Below are positions 39,040-51,739 of a DNA stretch of 64,000 bases, piece after piece. Origin of the DNA: Lama guanicoe. Its lineage: Eukaryota. The stretch lies in NCBI GenBank assembly GCA_013239625.1, contig MU053934.1:10313352-10377351 (forward strand), in the 5' to 3' direction. Position 1 is the stretch's first letter, and each line of letters starts with the position of its first letter. The notes beneath the pieces are model-generated. The model worked only from the letters and a program-made list of their open reading frames with translations, did no database searches and was not told the DNA's origin. A program made the position numbers and the translations under genes.

Positions 39040-39320
39040 ATGTGCTGCGGGAGCACAGACGTGGAGGGGTCAGATCACTAGCCTTCCAGGGGTGGGGACA
39101 CCCTTGTGCTGAGTTTTAAAGGTGGGGTCCTAGAATCAGGTAAGAAGAAAAGGGTGGGCCTTCCAGCTGGAGGGAGCAGCACGTGCAAAGGCCCAGGGGT
39201 GAGTGACAGTGTGGTGTGTTCTGTGGACCAGGCGTCTTCAGTGCCCAAGGTGGGTGGGTGAGGCTGGCCAGCCAGCGGGCCTGGGTCTGGAGTCTGCGGG
39301 CGGGAGGCCAGGCTGAGAGG
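39040..39320 (-). mobile_element. L2 LINE fragment
   Basis: ttccagctggagggagcagcacgtgcaaaggcccaggggtg matches the antisense L2 motif (aacagcatgtgcaaaggccctg). Confidence 0.6.
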
Positions 39321-42300
39321 CTGGGCTTCATCCGGAGGGCGCAGCGAGCAGGAGGGCCCTTTGTCACTGGAAGGGCTGCTGTTCGGTGTGGTGGCAGTGG
39401 GGCTGGAGTTTCCAGCCCGGAACCAGGAGGCCTGACACAGGCGGGGCAGCACAGCCGGGAGACTGGACGCCAGAGTCGCCCCGCCGGCGCCTCCCGGGCC
39501 GCTCCCCAGTGCCGGCCCCGCCCCACCGCCAGAGGGCCTGGCTCCTCTGCGCGCACAGCGCTGTCACGTGCTGTCTGTGCTCGGGGGCTCACGTGGGGAG
39601 ACGGCTCGCTGGTGGGCGTGTGGACAGATGAGCCGGGGTGGGCTTCGGATAAAGCCCCTTGGGAGGCAGGGCCCGGCCGGGGGCCGGGACTGGAGAGATG
39701 AGAGGCTTGGCTTCCTGTCGGGGCCCATCAGGAGGCGCCTGCACCTAGTCTGCTGAGTGTGTTTATCACTGTGGCTTTCAGCTCTCTTGTTGCCGCTGCC
39801 CAGGGGGGCGTCCGATGGCCGGGATCTGCATTCAATAAGATGGTCCTCCCTGCGGACTCACCCCAAACCCAGTGTCTGAGGGTCCTGGGTACTCTGGGCG
39901 GAAGCTGGACCCGGGCATGGTCCTCGGTCATCGCGGCAGCTCTGCAGGAGGACATGAGCTCTGCATGAAGGGACATGAGCTGCCCAGGGTCCCCCAGCTG
40001 GTGCTTTGCCACCAAAGTCCAGGCACACTTGGCTGTGCTGCCTCAGATCTCAGGACTGGAGTGGACACGAGCTGGGGACAGTGTGGGGGACACCACGGGG
40101 CGGGTCGGCGCTCGACGGGGAAGCTGTGTCCCACGGGCACCGTCGCGGCTGCTCTGCGGCGGGGCAGGACTGCCACTGCTTGTGCATACGGAGCAGCACA
40201 CAGCCTGATAAGCGGGTGAGGGAGGGCGTCTGAAAAATAGCCTCTAGCTTTGCAGCTTCTCCGGACCCCATTCAGGCCGATGCTGGTCCGTAGGGACCTG
40301 AGAAATGCGAGCACTCCTGCTACGGAGAGGGTAGTTGGCATTTAGCACCTCTTCCCTCTGCAGGATGGGATGTCAGGGAGGGGCCCCGGGACCATTGCAT
40401 CCACCTGCAGGGAGGTCAACCCAAGGCTGGTGACCCCTGTGTTGGCCTGGACTTCCCTGCTGCCCGGCTGGGCACAGGTGGGCCCGGCCGAGAGGGACGG
40501 GAGGCCATGGGTGTGAGGGTCTTTCTGTGCCTGGTTCTCGATCAAGTCTGTAGGTTTGCAGAGTTTTTCCTTCCTGCTCTGTCTTGCCTGGTGGCCTTTG
40601 CATCTCTGCCTCCCATGAAGCAGCCGGGGGCCCTGAGTTTCCCAACAAGCCTGGCTGAACCCCGACTCTGTCTCCTGCTGACCTCTAGGCCCCAATTCCT
40701 AGTGATGGCCGTTCTCATGCAGAACAGAAGCGGTGCGGAAAACGCTGCTCAGCGGGGAGTTACAGGGCTTGCCAGGGTCCACAGTTCATCAGCTGGTGCA
40801 GTGACCTTATCGTGTATCTCGACAGCCACCGTCCCCAGGTCTTGCCTGGAACATTAAAATCATCTCCTCTCAACTGTCCTCAAAGGCATTAAGTGATGAT
40901 AACAAGACAGCAAACTAGAGCTGCCCAGGGGAGGGGACAGAGGTGGACCACACGGTCCGCAGGCAGCCCAGAGGCCCCAAGGCATCCGTGTCCCTGCTCT
41001 CCAGGTGACTGGGCTGACGCTCGCCTGGTTCCTCTCAGCATCCGTGCCAGAGCTTTCCACCTTGGACACAGTCCCACCCTCCCGGCTGCACTGAGGTGCG
41101 GTGGAGGCAGTGAGCCCTCTTAAGACGGCCAGGCCTCAACCCACCGGCTCCACCATCCGAGCCCAGGTCAGGGGTGAGCCCGCCGGTCGCAGTCAGGCAG
41201 CCCTGAAGGGTCTGCCCCGGCCGCGCCCCCCACAGCAGGTGGCTGTCTTTCCTGGAAGCGATGGCCTTGGTGTGTTGGCTCCATTAGCAGAATTTGGGAT
41301 CCACGACATTATTCCAGTTTGGTGTCGTTTCTACCAGAGGCTTCCAAGAAACCACTTCACTCCAGTGACAGTTGAATCATCGTCATCCAATTTATGGAAT
41401 CGAAGTAGAGCTTTTAAAATTTCTCCTGCAGCTGGTGAAATGACGTGACTTTGGCGACTGGTGTCACGGTAAAAGCAACGTTGTCTCCAAGTTAAGTGCA
41501 GACGTGGGCTTGGGTTCTGGTGGTGCCTTCAGACAAGCCGCGGGGCCGGCCAGCCTGAGCAAAGTGGTCACTGCCAGAGCGTGCAGCGGTCGTGTGTGTG
41601 CCCGGGATGACTCGAAATAAACAGCTCGGTGACGAAGCTGACGTTAGACGCTAAATAACCTCCAGGTTAGTTTTTCCGGCATGGTAGAACCTCCTTTCTC
41701 CCCTTTTCTCGTCATCAATCAGATTTGAGAAGCGTTTGCGCCTTTGCTCCATTACTTGGTATATCAAGTGTCCTCTAATGGCACCAGACTTTTTTTTATA
41801 AACAAATCCTCCAGATGTTGGAGGCAGTTTTATACAATCAGTGGGAAATCTTTAACTGAGGTATTTAATAGACGGAAGCTGCAGAACGTCAGGTATGAAC
41901 ATTTCCCACAAATTGTGATTGTTGCAGAGAAAACTTGCAAACAGGAAGACAGTGGGATTTGTCCCTGCAGGAGCCCGGGGGAGCTGGACGTGGTGTGGGG
42001 TGAGGCTGAGGGGGCAAGTCTTTATTTTGAGATTCTCATTAAATCTTGGTAGGTCTTGACAGCCAGGAAGAATCTTTCAATGAAGCTCCTGTAGGTTTCT
42101 TTGGATACATTGATGACGTGGGCGTAGGCTGCAACTGCGTGGACAAGGCTCTGTTTGGGGGCAGGAGTGGAATCTAGTGGAGAAGAGCCAGGACTGGGGT
42201 TTTACAGCATCTTCCTTTGGTAAAACCTTCAAAAGAGTCATGAATAGAGATCATGTATTTGACATGTTTCATCGTGAAAAAATATGCATTGAGACAGGGT

Positions 42301-42673
42301 GCCCTGAGTGGAGGCAGAAGGCAGTGTCTGTGACAACATTGCTGCTGAAGCCGCTCCGCATTTCAGCGCCAAAATGCGAGGACTGAAAACACCCTCCGTT
42401 TCACAGCATTTACTCTGAGCTCACCGAGTACTTCATTCCTGCAGAGATAATATTTTTAAATTAAAAACACAGCCTGTTGAGAAGAGTCAGGTGGAATGTT
42501 AACAATTTAAAAATGCAATTTGAAAACCATTACCTGCAAAGTTAGGAAAAATTTAAAGTAATATAATCATGTTAGAAATACATTCTTCTGACAAGTGCTA
42601 CTGGCCCAGTGCTGATCTGGAGAAAGGAGAGCGACACAAGTAAGTATACAGGTGTCGGCAATAATTTTATTTT

Positions 42674-42824
42674 GGGAACTGTATTCAGTATCTTATAATA
42701 ACCTATAATGGAAAAGAATCTGAAAAAGAATATATATGTGTATGTATATGTATAACTGAGTCACTTTGCTGTACACTTGGAACTAATGCAACATTGTAAA
42801 TCAACTGCACTTGAATTAAAAAAG
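42674..42824 (+). mobile_element. Short L1 3' end (AT-rich, unshifted)
   Basis: gggaactgtattcagtatctt...gaaaagaatctgaaaaagaatatatatg...ttaaaaaa. Near-TSD aataattttatttt (42660-42673) / aatgactttatttt (42825-42838). Confidence 0.85.
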
Positions 42825-43515
42825 AATGACTTTATTTTCATTTTTAATGTTTATATTGTAAGATACAGAATTTTAGCTACTAATATAGCCAGAGATTCCT
42901 ATTTTTCCTCTACCCCCCCAAATTTCTGTTGTTTTTTTTTTGTATTTTTCTTTTTTGTTTTAAAATTAAACATTGGGTAAAATTAAAATAGTGTTTATCT
43001 GGGAGCTGTAGCGTACCCAGACGAACACGTCACAACACCCTGGCAGTGAGCATGGCCTTGGGGAATTACACATGACCTTTGCAGCCCCTGGGTTTGCCCT
43101 CCGAGTCCTGCTCGGCCCCCTCCCCTGAGAAGCAACCACTGCCCTGAGTCTTTATTTATCGTTCTCTTATTTTGCTCTTAATTTCGCAAGTGTGTATCTG
43201 TCTACAGCACATCGCGGGTTTTGCGTGTCTTGGGCTGTACAGAGGGGGCGGCAAAGGCACGCAGTGTGTCACCCTCGAGTGCCCGCCCAGCCGTGCTGGT
43301 GTTCACACTGTGGTTCTTTCATTCTCCCTTGAATGGGATCCCACTGTAGAACCGTAACAAAATTTAACACGTCCTTTCTCCTCCTGATGGACTGATTCCA
43401 GGCTTGTGTGGGTTGGTTTCCTACTGGGACCCGCACGTTCCTGGTCACTTGTGGGAGAGTTCCTATGGCGTATCCCCCGGGTGTGTAATAAAACGGGTTT
43501 TGTACTGAAGTCCAC

Positions 43516-43952
43516 TGCATTAGTTTCCTGTTGCTGCTATAACAAGTCACCACCAATTTAGTGGCTTAAAACAACACGAATTATGCTTTCACAGTCCTCT
43601 TGATCAGAAGTGAAATGAGACTCCCGGGATTAAACTTGAGGTGACGCCAGGCCTTTCTGGAAAGTCGAGGGGAGACTCTGTTCCTTGGCCTTTTCCAGTT
43701 TGTAGAGGGCTGCCCACAGCCCCTCTTCCATCTTCAAAGCCAGCAGCATAGAATTTCTCTGACCGCAGCCAGAAAAGGTTTTCCAGTTTTAAGAGCTCAT
43801 GTGGTTTGACTGGACCCACTCGGAGGATCCAGGAGAATCTCTCCAGCGAGGATCCACATCTGCAAAGTCCCTTTCACCTTGTAAAGCACCCTCGTCACCG
43901 GTTTGGGGGATTAAGATGTGGACATCGTGGGGACCATTATTCAGCCTAGCAG
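43516..43952 (-). mobile_element. MLT1D-like ERVL-MaLR LTR
   Basis: ttagtttcctgttgctgctataacaa...agtggcttaaaacaacac...acatctgcaaagtcccttt...gggattaagatgtggacatc. Confidence 0.85.
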
Positions 43953-44329
43953 AGTTGTGCGCAGAGATATTTGGAAGCCTCTAGGCCAGACGACCCTGAA
44001 AGTCCTTTCAAGCCCCGCGCCTCTGGGACTAGAAGCAAAGCGGGCTAGCCTGCCGGCCTCTGCACTTTGTGTCCACTCTGTCTCCTGCGCCATCACCCGC
44101 TCGTGCAGCACAACAGAGACTTGCTGGATTCCGCGGTCAGTTAGCCCTTAAGCCCGGGACTCCCGGAACCTCAGGGGCCTCTGAAGCACCGGGAAGCTTC
44201 CTTGTCCACAAGTAAGAAAATCAGGCCAGAAATGGGAGCGCTTGGTCCCAGGCCCCCCACTGCAGGCGAGGCAGGGTGCGGACTAGCACCCAGCTGCCCT
44301 GACTCCAGCCAGGGTGAAGGCGGTGGGGT

Positions 44330-44505
44330 GGTGGAATGTGCTAGAAACAGGCAGGTCTGTGTCCAGCCTCATTAACTGGATGGGGTTGCTTCTGAGAGTC
44401 TCAGCTCCCCCGTCTCTAAAATGGGGGCGGGTAATAATGCACATCATACAGAGTGGCTATGCAGATTCCTGGAGATAACGCGCATAACGTGGCTGGCTTA
44501 CAAAA
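44330..44505 (+). mobile_element. MIR SINE
   Basis: ctcagctcccccgtctctaaaatgggggcgggtaataatgcacatcatacagagtggct. Confidence 0.6.
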
Positions 44506-44519
44506 GGAATTAAAGAAAA

Positions 44520-45165
44520 TCTGAATTCCCTGCAGAAGTTTGAACTATCAACCCCATTTCTTCATCCCTACCTGCATCCACACCCTTGTCACAGTGTCCC
44601 CTTGCATCTTGACTTGGGACTTGGCAGGTGGCTTGCTTTAGCTGGGGACCTTCCGGTTCTAGTGATGGCGTGCCAATTCCAAGCCTTAAAAGGCCCCGCG
44701 TGCCTCTGCTTGCTCTCTTGGGCCTCTGCCATAGCCCTAGGAGACCACGCCCCAGAAGACCACGCCCCAGAAGACCACGCCCCCACATCCATAGGAGACC
44801 ACACCATTTAAGACCACGCCCCAGAAGACCACGCCCCCACATCCATAGGAGACCACACCATTTAAGACCACGCCCCAGAAGACCACGCCCCCACATCCAT
44901 AGGAGACCACACCCTTTAAGACCACGCCCCAGTAGACCACGCCCTGGCCAGCCTCCTGGGCTCAGGAGGACGGGCTGGACAGCAGAGGGAGGGTGCTCCG
45001 GCCATCAGAACAGAACCCCCAGCCCAGGCCAGGCCCTCCCCGCTGACCCGCGGACCAGGAGCAAACCCAGCTAAGATCAGCGGGGCCGCCCCACCCACCT
45101 GCCGACTCCTGTGGGCTCCGCCCTCACTGCTCACGCCCTCCTGAGTCGTTCTGTAACAGTAGCCA
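44520..45165 (+). mobile_element. MLT1H/I-like ERVL-MaLR LTR hosting a minisatellite
   Basis: gtgccaattccaagccttaaaaggccccgcgtgcctctgcttgctctcttgggcctctgccat... resumes after the array as gccctggccagcctcctgg. Confidence 0.6.
44742..44944. repeat. Higher-order minisatellite: 54-bp unit of 15+24+15-bp monomers, all starting AGACCAC
   Basis: agaccacgccccaga / agaccacgcccccacatccatagg / agaccacaccattta, three times plus extra monomers; 12 AGACCAC cores counted. Confidence 0.95.
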
Positions 45166-46039
45166 CTTGCTCCATTCCCCTTTCCTATTTGTCTCAGATT
45201 CCTCAAACTGTGCAGAAATCATACTGTTGCAGGATTTTGGAATCAACTGTGTCAAGCCCCTTTCAACCACGGATGAGAGCACGGGGCCCTCGCTCGGGTC
45301 CCTGGGGTTTGGCCTCGGGGCCTTTGGCGGCCGAGGCCCCTCGTGTCCACGCCCTCCGCCTGTAGTGGGCCATGAAGTGTCCGCTTTGTCTGTGAGCTGA
45401 GGGCTTGAGCAACTAATTTTCACTTCTAATTTAATTATTGATTGATTCTGCCTTGATGGCAAAAAGGTCTCTGTGAGATGCAATTACTTCCTTGTACCCA
45501 AGCATTTTGATTGTCTAATGACCGTCTCCAGTGCGGGCTAAGCCTCCAGCCCACTTTTAATTAAACTAATCTGTTAGAGGAGGCAGCCTGCTTCCCGACC
45601 CAGCCGCCTTCAGCCGCGCCCGGGGCGAGAGCCGCCTGGCGCCCCGGGCACAGGCTGCGGGGCGTGGCCCCCTGTGTGGCAGTTAGGACCCATGACAACA
45701 CACCGGCATTAAAACCCCAGGGAAACCAGTCAGCTTAAAAGCGCTGCGCCCTCCCTGCGGTAGCAAGGCCAGTGTCGCCTTCACGAATGTGGGGCTCTCA
45801 CCGAGCTCTTACCAGTCCCAAAGCTCACAGGTTGGAGGCCCCATCATCTGGCGTGAAAAGTCAACGGAGAGCAGAAGGAGGCCGAGAGGGGCACAGGCTT
45901 GGGGGCTGAGCTGGATTTCCTGCTTTGTCCTTCAGCAATTTCGCACCAGGGGAAAGCCGTCAGTCTCTGTGTCTTCATTCATAACTTGGGGTAACGTGCA
46001 GGTCTGCAGCTCCTTAGCTGAAGCTCTTGAGGCAGAGGG

Positions 46040-46310
46040 GTTCCACTTTCAGAAATTTTCTTCCAGATTTTGGAACAATAATCCAGCATGGATTACATAT
46101 TCCTAAACTTGCCGGCAGGTCCAGGGCAAATACCCCAGAATCAGATTTGTTATTTTAGCAGCAAAACGTGACTCCTCAAATTAAGGTGGTAAATGGATTA
46201 TAAATGGTCTCAGTTCCGGTTTTTCTGCCAAATGAATTATGAAAAATCTTTTGGATTTTAGAGCATTTTGGACTTTGGGATTTGGGGATGAAATGGCAGA
46301 TGTGTACGTG
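46040..46310. mobile_element. Probable old TcMar-Tigger remnant
   Basis: The end ttttagagcattttggactttgggatttggggat resembles MER46/Tigger-type TIR regions; weak. Confidence 0.35.
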
Positions 46311-47059
46311 AGTCACAGGTTGTCGTGAGGTAAAGAGACTCCGGGGGAAATTGTCCAGCACAGTGCGGGGCACTTAGGAAGTTTTCAGTAGATAGCCTTT
46401 CCCCTCGTCTGTCCCCTCTGGGGACGTGGAGACACGGCAGACACGGACCTCGTCTCCCAGATCGCTCGGGTTCGGGTGGAGGTGCGAGGTCACAGTAAGT
46501 TCCCCGCCAGGAGCAGGTCTTTGTTTCAAGACGGGCACCTGCTCCTCACAGAAGACAAACTCAGACGTCTGATGAACACTGGAGGACTGGTACAGCCTCA
46601 TCAATAATTAAAAAATCCAAATGAAAACACAATGAGAGATTACTTTGCAGCTCTCAGGGTTGTTAAATTTTAAATATTGCTGATGTCCAGGGCTGGTGCT
46701 GCAGTGAGAAGGCGCTTCCTTATACTGTCAAGGAGAATGGAAATTAACCAAAAGGTGCTACTATTTTTTTTCCCCTTTTTGGATGGATAGTGTTTCAGTT
46801 TCCATCAAAACTCCGCCTGCATTGTATATTCTTGACTCTACAATCCCACTCTGGGGCTTTACCCACAGGAATAAGTGCACCGATCTGTGTGCAGCAGGAC
46901 AGTGATTGCAGCGTGGTTTGCAAACCTAAAATAGTGGAAGTGACTGAAATATTTATTGAAGGGGAACGAGTGCCCATACTTGGCTGCGGTCATGTTGTGG
47001 AATATTATGCAGATGTTAAAAAGAGTCAGGTAGAGATACACAGGAATGAAGGGACATGA

Positions 47060-47185
47060 ACCCCAGTCTTCTCAGCTGTAAAATGAGAGTTTGAGTGTCT
47101 CCTACTTTAGAGGGCTGCTGTGATGAAAGGCTGTAAGCGTCTGACACAGTGCCTGCCACAAGGAAAACGCTCAAGGATGGATATT
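47060..47185 (+). mobile_element. MIR SINE 3' half
   Basis: ttctcagctgtaaaatgag...cctactttagagggctgctgtga...acacagtgcctgccaca. Confidence 0.7.
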
Positions 47186-47969
47186 GGCTATTGGATACTG
47201 TTTTCTTGTTGTTTTTACGGTGGACTCCTAGGTGCTGGCTCGCTGTCGTGTTGGATTAGCTCTGCCATCCTGAATCCCAGGCTCCATGAATGTCCATCAG
47301 CGTAGGCTGAGATCCAGCGCCGTGACACACACCCCCTCCATCCACACTCACGCGAGCAGCTCAGCTCTTCACTCTGGGACCCGGCTGAGCCCCCTCTGGG
47401 AAGTTCTAGGGTCGAGGCAGAGGGACAGAGAGGGAGCAGAACCAGTGGAGGTTAAACATTTCTTCAGGAAGCAGCACACGGCCCTTCCACTCACATCTCA
47501 TTGGCCAGAGTGAGCCCAGCGGCCGTGCCCAGCCTCAGGGGGGCCGGACGCACATCCTGCTGCGGGGATGGGCAGTGAAGCGTTGATGACGCTACAGCTG
47601 ACCGTGCTGAGTCTGTAAAAAGTCAACCCAACCCCTTTCTCGGATGATTCTGTGGGCACTGAGGGGTGTGTGCAGGATGCCCTGGGTTCCTGGCTCATAG
47701 TGAGTGTCCCTTCGTCCCCCTGACACCCCCCTACCCTGCTTCCTCTTGCTTTAAAGGACCAACGCCAGTTTTTATCAGATCCCCACTTTTCCAACTAATG
47801 AGAGTCAGGTACTCACATCTTTGAAGACGTTTCTGATCTTGGTTTAGATAAAGATTTGAAACTCTCCGGTCAGCATTTTTGATTCTGATGATACAGGGAA
47901 AAGCACCAAATGTCAGCCACTGGCCCCGAGGCTGGGTGTTCGGGGGTCTCTGAGCGAGGGGGTCTTAGG

Positions 47970-48290
47970 GCAGTGGGGGGCCCGGCTGCAGAGGGGGCCT
48001 GTGGTCAGCCCTGGGCTCCCCCAGAGGACCCTGGATCACCCAGGCGGGCCCAGTGTCGTCCGTCAATAATCAGAGTCAGAAGCAGAGAGGGGATGTGGCC
48101 ATGGAGGTTGAATGAATGGGGTCACAAGCCCACGAATGTGGGCTCCCCAGGAGCCCGGAAAGGCCAGGAAATGGGTTTCCCCTGAGCTTGCCCCCCACTT
48201 CGGGCTTCTGACCGCAGATTCGTAGGACAATAAATCCACGTTGTTTTGAGCCTCTCAGTGTGTTAGTGCGGCCGCAGAAGCGCAGTAAAG
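47970..48290 (+). mobile_element. MLT1C/D-like LTR fragment
   Basis: ggatcacccaggcgggccca...ggaaaggccaggaaatgggtttcccctgagc...aataaatccacgttgttttgagcctctcagtgtg. Confidence 0.75.
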
Positions 48291-49599
48291 GAGGGTCTGG
48301 CCAGAGCCAGGCCCAGGCCAGGCTGGCGGGGCCGGGTCTCAATAGAGCTGGCCCAGCTCTCCAGGGCCTTGGGCTCGTCGCCTCCTGTCCCAGCCTGGGT
48401 TTCTCGTCAGCGTGGGGAATGCTGTCTGCCCCCCCACCTCCCCCGCCTGCTCTGGGCAGACGCGGGGCTACAAGGGCTTGTGAACATCCCCATGAATCTC
48501 CGAGGACCCGGCTCCTTCCCCTCCGGGCACTGGCTGGGATGAGGGCGGGGGCTAAAAGGGCCAGACTGTCACCCGCTGGTGTTCCAGAACCTTCTGCTGC
48601 TGTGGCCCTGAGCTCTGCTCTCTCTTGCCTGGAGACCCAGAACCCTCCTTTGGGGCCCCGTTCTGTCCTTTCCTGTCCCCTGCTGTTCCTCAGGAGGGGA
48701 GGCCGGAGAGCCTTCCTGCCCAGCCTGGGGGGCGTGGCTCCTGCAGTGAAACCAGCCCCTGATGTGCTCTGGCCTGAGCGGGGCGAGGCCCAGGCACCGC
48801 GCCCACACGTCCCGCCCGCCCCGCCTCTCAGCCTCGGGTGCCGTGCTCTCTGCCGGGTCCCCCCAGGGCCGTGCCTGCCTCCCGGAGCCCATCCCCTCCT
48901 TCCCAGACCTGATGGTCTGTCGTGTGCCTGACGCTGTGGTCGTCTCCTTCTCATGGGCGTCTGTCCTCCTAGGCCGTCCACTCCTCAGTGACCCGGCCTG
49001 ACTGTCTTGCCTCAGCCTCGCATCTCCTGCACGTGGTACGTGCTCTGGGAAGAGCTGAGTGACTCAGTGGCCCTCTCTCTGGACTCACCTTTCTCTACTT
49101 TTTAAAAACCTGCAAATCCCCCTTTGCTCTAAGACCAGGCACCACTGTCTCTGGGAAGCCCTCCCGGATTGCCCCCCGTCTGGGTGAGCGGCCCCCACAG
49201 CCCTGCGCCGCCCCCTTGGCGTCATGTGCCGCCTGGGGGCCTGGGCTGCTCCCCACTTTGCTCGCTATCACTGTATCGTCCCCTCTTCCCCCCTCCCCCT
49301 CCCCCAGGGAGGCCAGGGCCTGCGCACAGTCAGTGCTGTGGGTACATCGTCACTGCCCTCGTGCTTGGCGGGTGCTTGGCAGGTGCCTTCAGGCCAGGCA
49401 CGGCTCTACGCCCCCGGACACAGCTGAGACCTGGACAGAGACGCCTGCCCCGTGGCACCTTCTCTGGAATGGGTGGGTGTGTGGCACCAGCAGTGGCTGC
49501 CCAAGTGCAGATATAACTTCTGTTTTGTCACTGTGTCTGGTTGTAAAAAGCTGCATCATGACCTATTTCCGCTGGTAAAGATTTAAGATGAAATTAATC

Positions 49600-50860
49600 C
49601 GCCAGCTCCGAGTCTGAGTGGCTGTCAGGGTCTGCACGACGCCGCTTACTAGACAGCGGCTGTTTGCCCGGAGCGGGCGGCCCTCCCGAAGCCCCGCTCT
49701 GCTCTCCGAAAGCCTGCCCACGGGCCGCCCGGCAGCCCCGGACTAGCCAGGCGGGCCTCCGTCCCCTGTGGCGCCAAGACCCCGCGTGCGCAGCCCGCCC
49801 ATCCCTCCCTCCACCGCACACAGAGGCCTAGAAAGGCCCGCTGTCCTGTCCTGGCCCGGTTCTCGCCTCCAGCTGTGTCCATCTTCGAAGCGAGCACAGT
49901 TTGAGAGAGTCTGAGACGCTGCCAGGAAGGGGCCCCGCAGAAGGGCCACCACATCAACGTGCCCTTCCTGTGGTCTTCCAAAACCAAACCCTGAAGTTGA
50001 CACGTCAGCCTTAGGAAGGACGTGCTGCCGGGTGGTGGTGCCCAGACTGTGAGCGAAATGAGGAAACAAGGCACGGAGGCGGGTTCCCGGGAGACGCACC
50101 GCAGTCCGCCGTGCGGGACCGCGCGCCTCCCCGGCCTCAGGTTCCCCGCCTGTCAAAGCTGGTGGCGGCTGAGATGATCTTAGGCCTTCCCTGCCTTCAC
50201 CCTCTACTACTTGTGGCTCCCGCGGGAGGAGGGATGGGCAGAGCCGGACTGTGTTATAACCGGGGACTCCAGCACGGCCGGGAACGCTTCTGCCCCCTCA
50301 GCGAGCCCGGGAACGCGGGCGGTGCCCGGAGAAGCGGGCTTCCTTGCTGCCCGGAGCTCTGGCCGCGGCCCAGCCCCGGGGTGGTGGCCTGGTGGCGGGG
50401 TGGTGGCCCGAGGGCTCAGGCAGTCTCCAGCCAACCGGGCTGAGGGGTTTCCTTTGCCTGTCTGCCTCCAAAGCCTGACCTGAGTCTGAGGACTCGTCAC
50501 CCCAAGGGAGGAGCAGAGACGCGGGGGTGGGGTCCCTGACTCCTATGCCCAGAGCGGCGGCGTGGAGAAGGGAGTGGGAGGGCCCGGGGGAGCCACCCGG
50601 AGGCCCGACTCCGTGCAGCCGGGGGGTCACTTGAGAGGCTGCAGGTGCTAAGCCAGCGGGTTCAGGGGCGTCAGGGGGTTTAAAGCCAGCCCCGGAGCGC
50701 CCTCAGTCCAGATCCTGGGTCAAAACCCCGGCGTGCGGGCCTAGGTCTGTGAGGGGCCCGGAGCCGTGCGCCTGCTTGGCCCAGCTTGTCTCGCCGTGTG
50801 TCCCTGGGCTCACCTGGGAGTTCATCCTCCATCACTCCCCGCGCAGGGCACGGGGCTGTG
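49600..50860. promoter_or_regulatory. CpG-rich island-like region with no associated coding exon
   Basis: Dense CpG by eye (cccgcgtgcgcagcccgcc; gtgcgggaccgcgcgcctccccggcc; gaacgcgggcggtgcccgg); observed/expected ratio not computed. Confidence 0.5.
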
Positions 50861-51739
50861 GAGGTGGAAGGCATCCTTGGGCATCTGATGGAGGTCTGGG
50901 CTGAGAGTTAGACACTCAAACAGCCGTAATTCGGGGCTGTGGCCATGGCAGAGGGGTGCAGTGGGGCTGACACACACCTTCCCCAGCGTAGGCCCCCCTG
51001 AGCCCCGTTCTTGAAGAGGCCTGCGCAGTGTGCACGTGTGTGCCTCCGCACAAACGATCCTGTCCACCCTCTCCGGGAGACTCGGACCCGCGCTGGCATC
51101 ATTTCTCACTGCTCACGGTCTCTTCAGTTCCTGCCCGGGAAAGCTCCAGGCTGCCGGGGGAGATGCTCCTTGGTTCCCGCCGACACCTGAAGACGGGCCC
51201 TGTCCCCATCCTCGCTGGGGGGAGGAGCCTCACCCGGGCCAGAGGGTGTCCCCTGGACCCTCTCCCTACGGCAACAGGGGGGATGAAATCTGGTTTAGTC
51301 GCCTTCAGCTGGTGCTGGCCCTGTTGGCCCACGCCAGGGCTCAGGGAGGCCTCACGGACAAGCGGCTTTGGGGCTGGCCTGGGGCTGGAGGGCCAGCTGG
51401 CGTGTTCATGTCCTGGCAGTGAAGGCTCTGGCCGCGGATTTCTAGCAGAGCATTGGATTTCCCAGGTGGCGAAGGCTGTGCCTCCTCGGGTTGGTGAAAG
51501 TGCCCCTTTTCTAGACCTGCCTGTAGTTTTAGTCTCTCAAGGTTGGAGAGGTTTTCGAGCTCACTGGGGTCAACCACCCTCCGGGTCTTGGGAACCCTCT
51601 GTGTCTGTGGCAGCCAGCAGCGAGCTCCATCCTTGGTTGCTTTGTTTTGTCCCTTATGGGATTATCCTCCCACGCCCACGTGGTCCTGGGACGCTGTCTG
51701 GGGACCCGGCCTTTCCCCAGACAAGCAGCGTGGGAGGCC

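Noticed and set aside
44742..44944. Repeat array superficially like a CRISPR array or an Arg-Pro repeat protein
   Set aside because: The intervening sequences are themselves repeated (no unique spacers), there are no cas genes, and the context is mammalian. The ORFs exist only because unit lengths are multiples of 3.
48076..48981. Longest ORF (301 aa, minus strand) and the overlapping 223-aa plus-strand ORF
   Set aside because: Arg/Gly/Pro/Ala-rich with no recognisable domain, open on both strands and partly inside an MLT1 LTR; expected by chance in GC-rich DNA.
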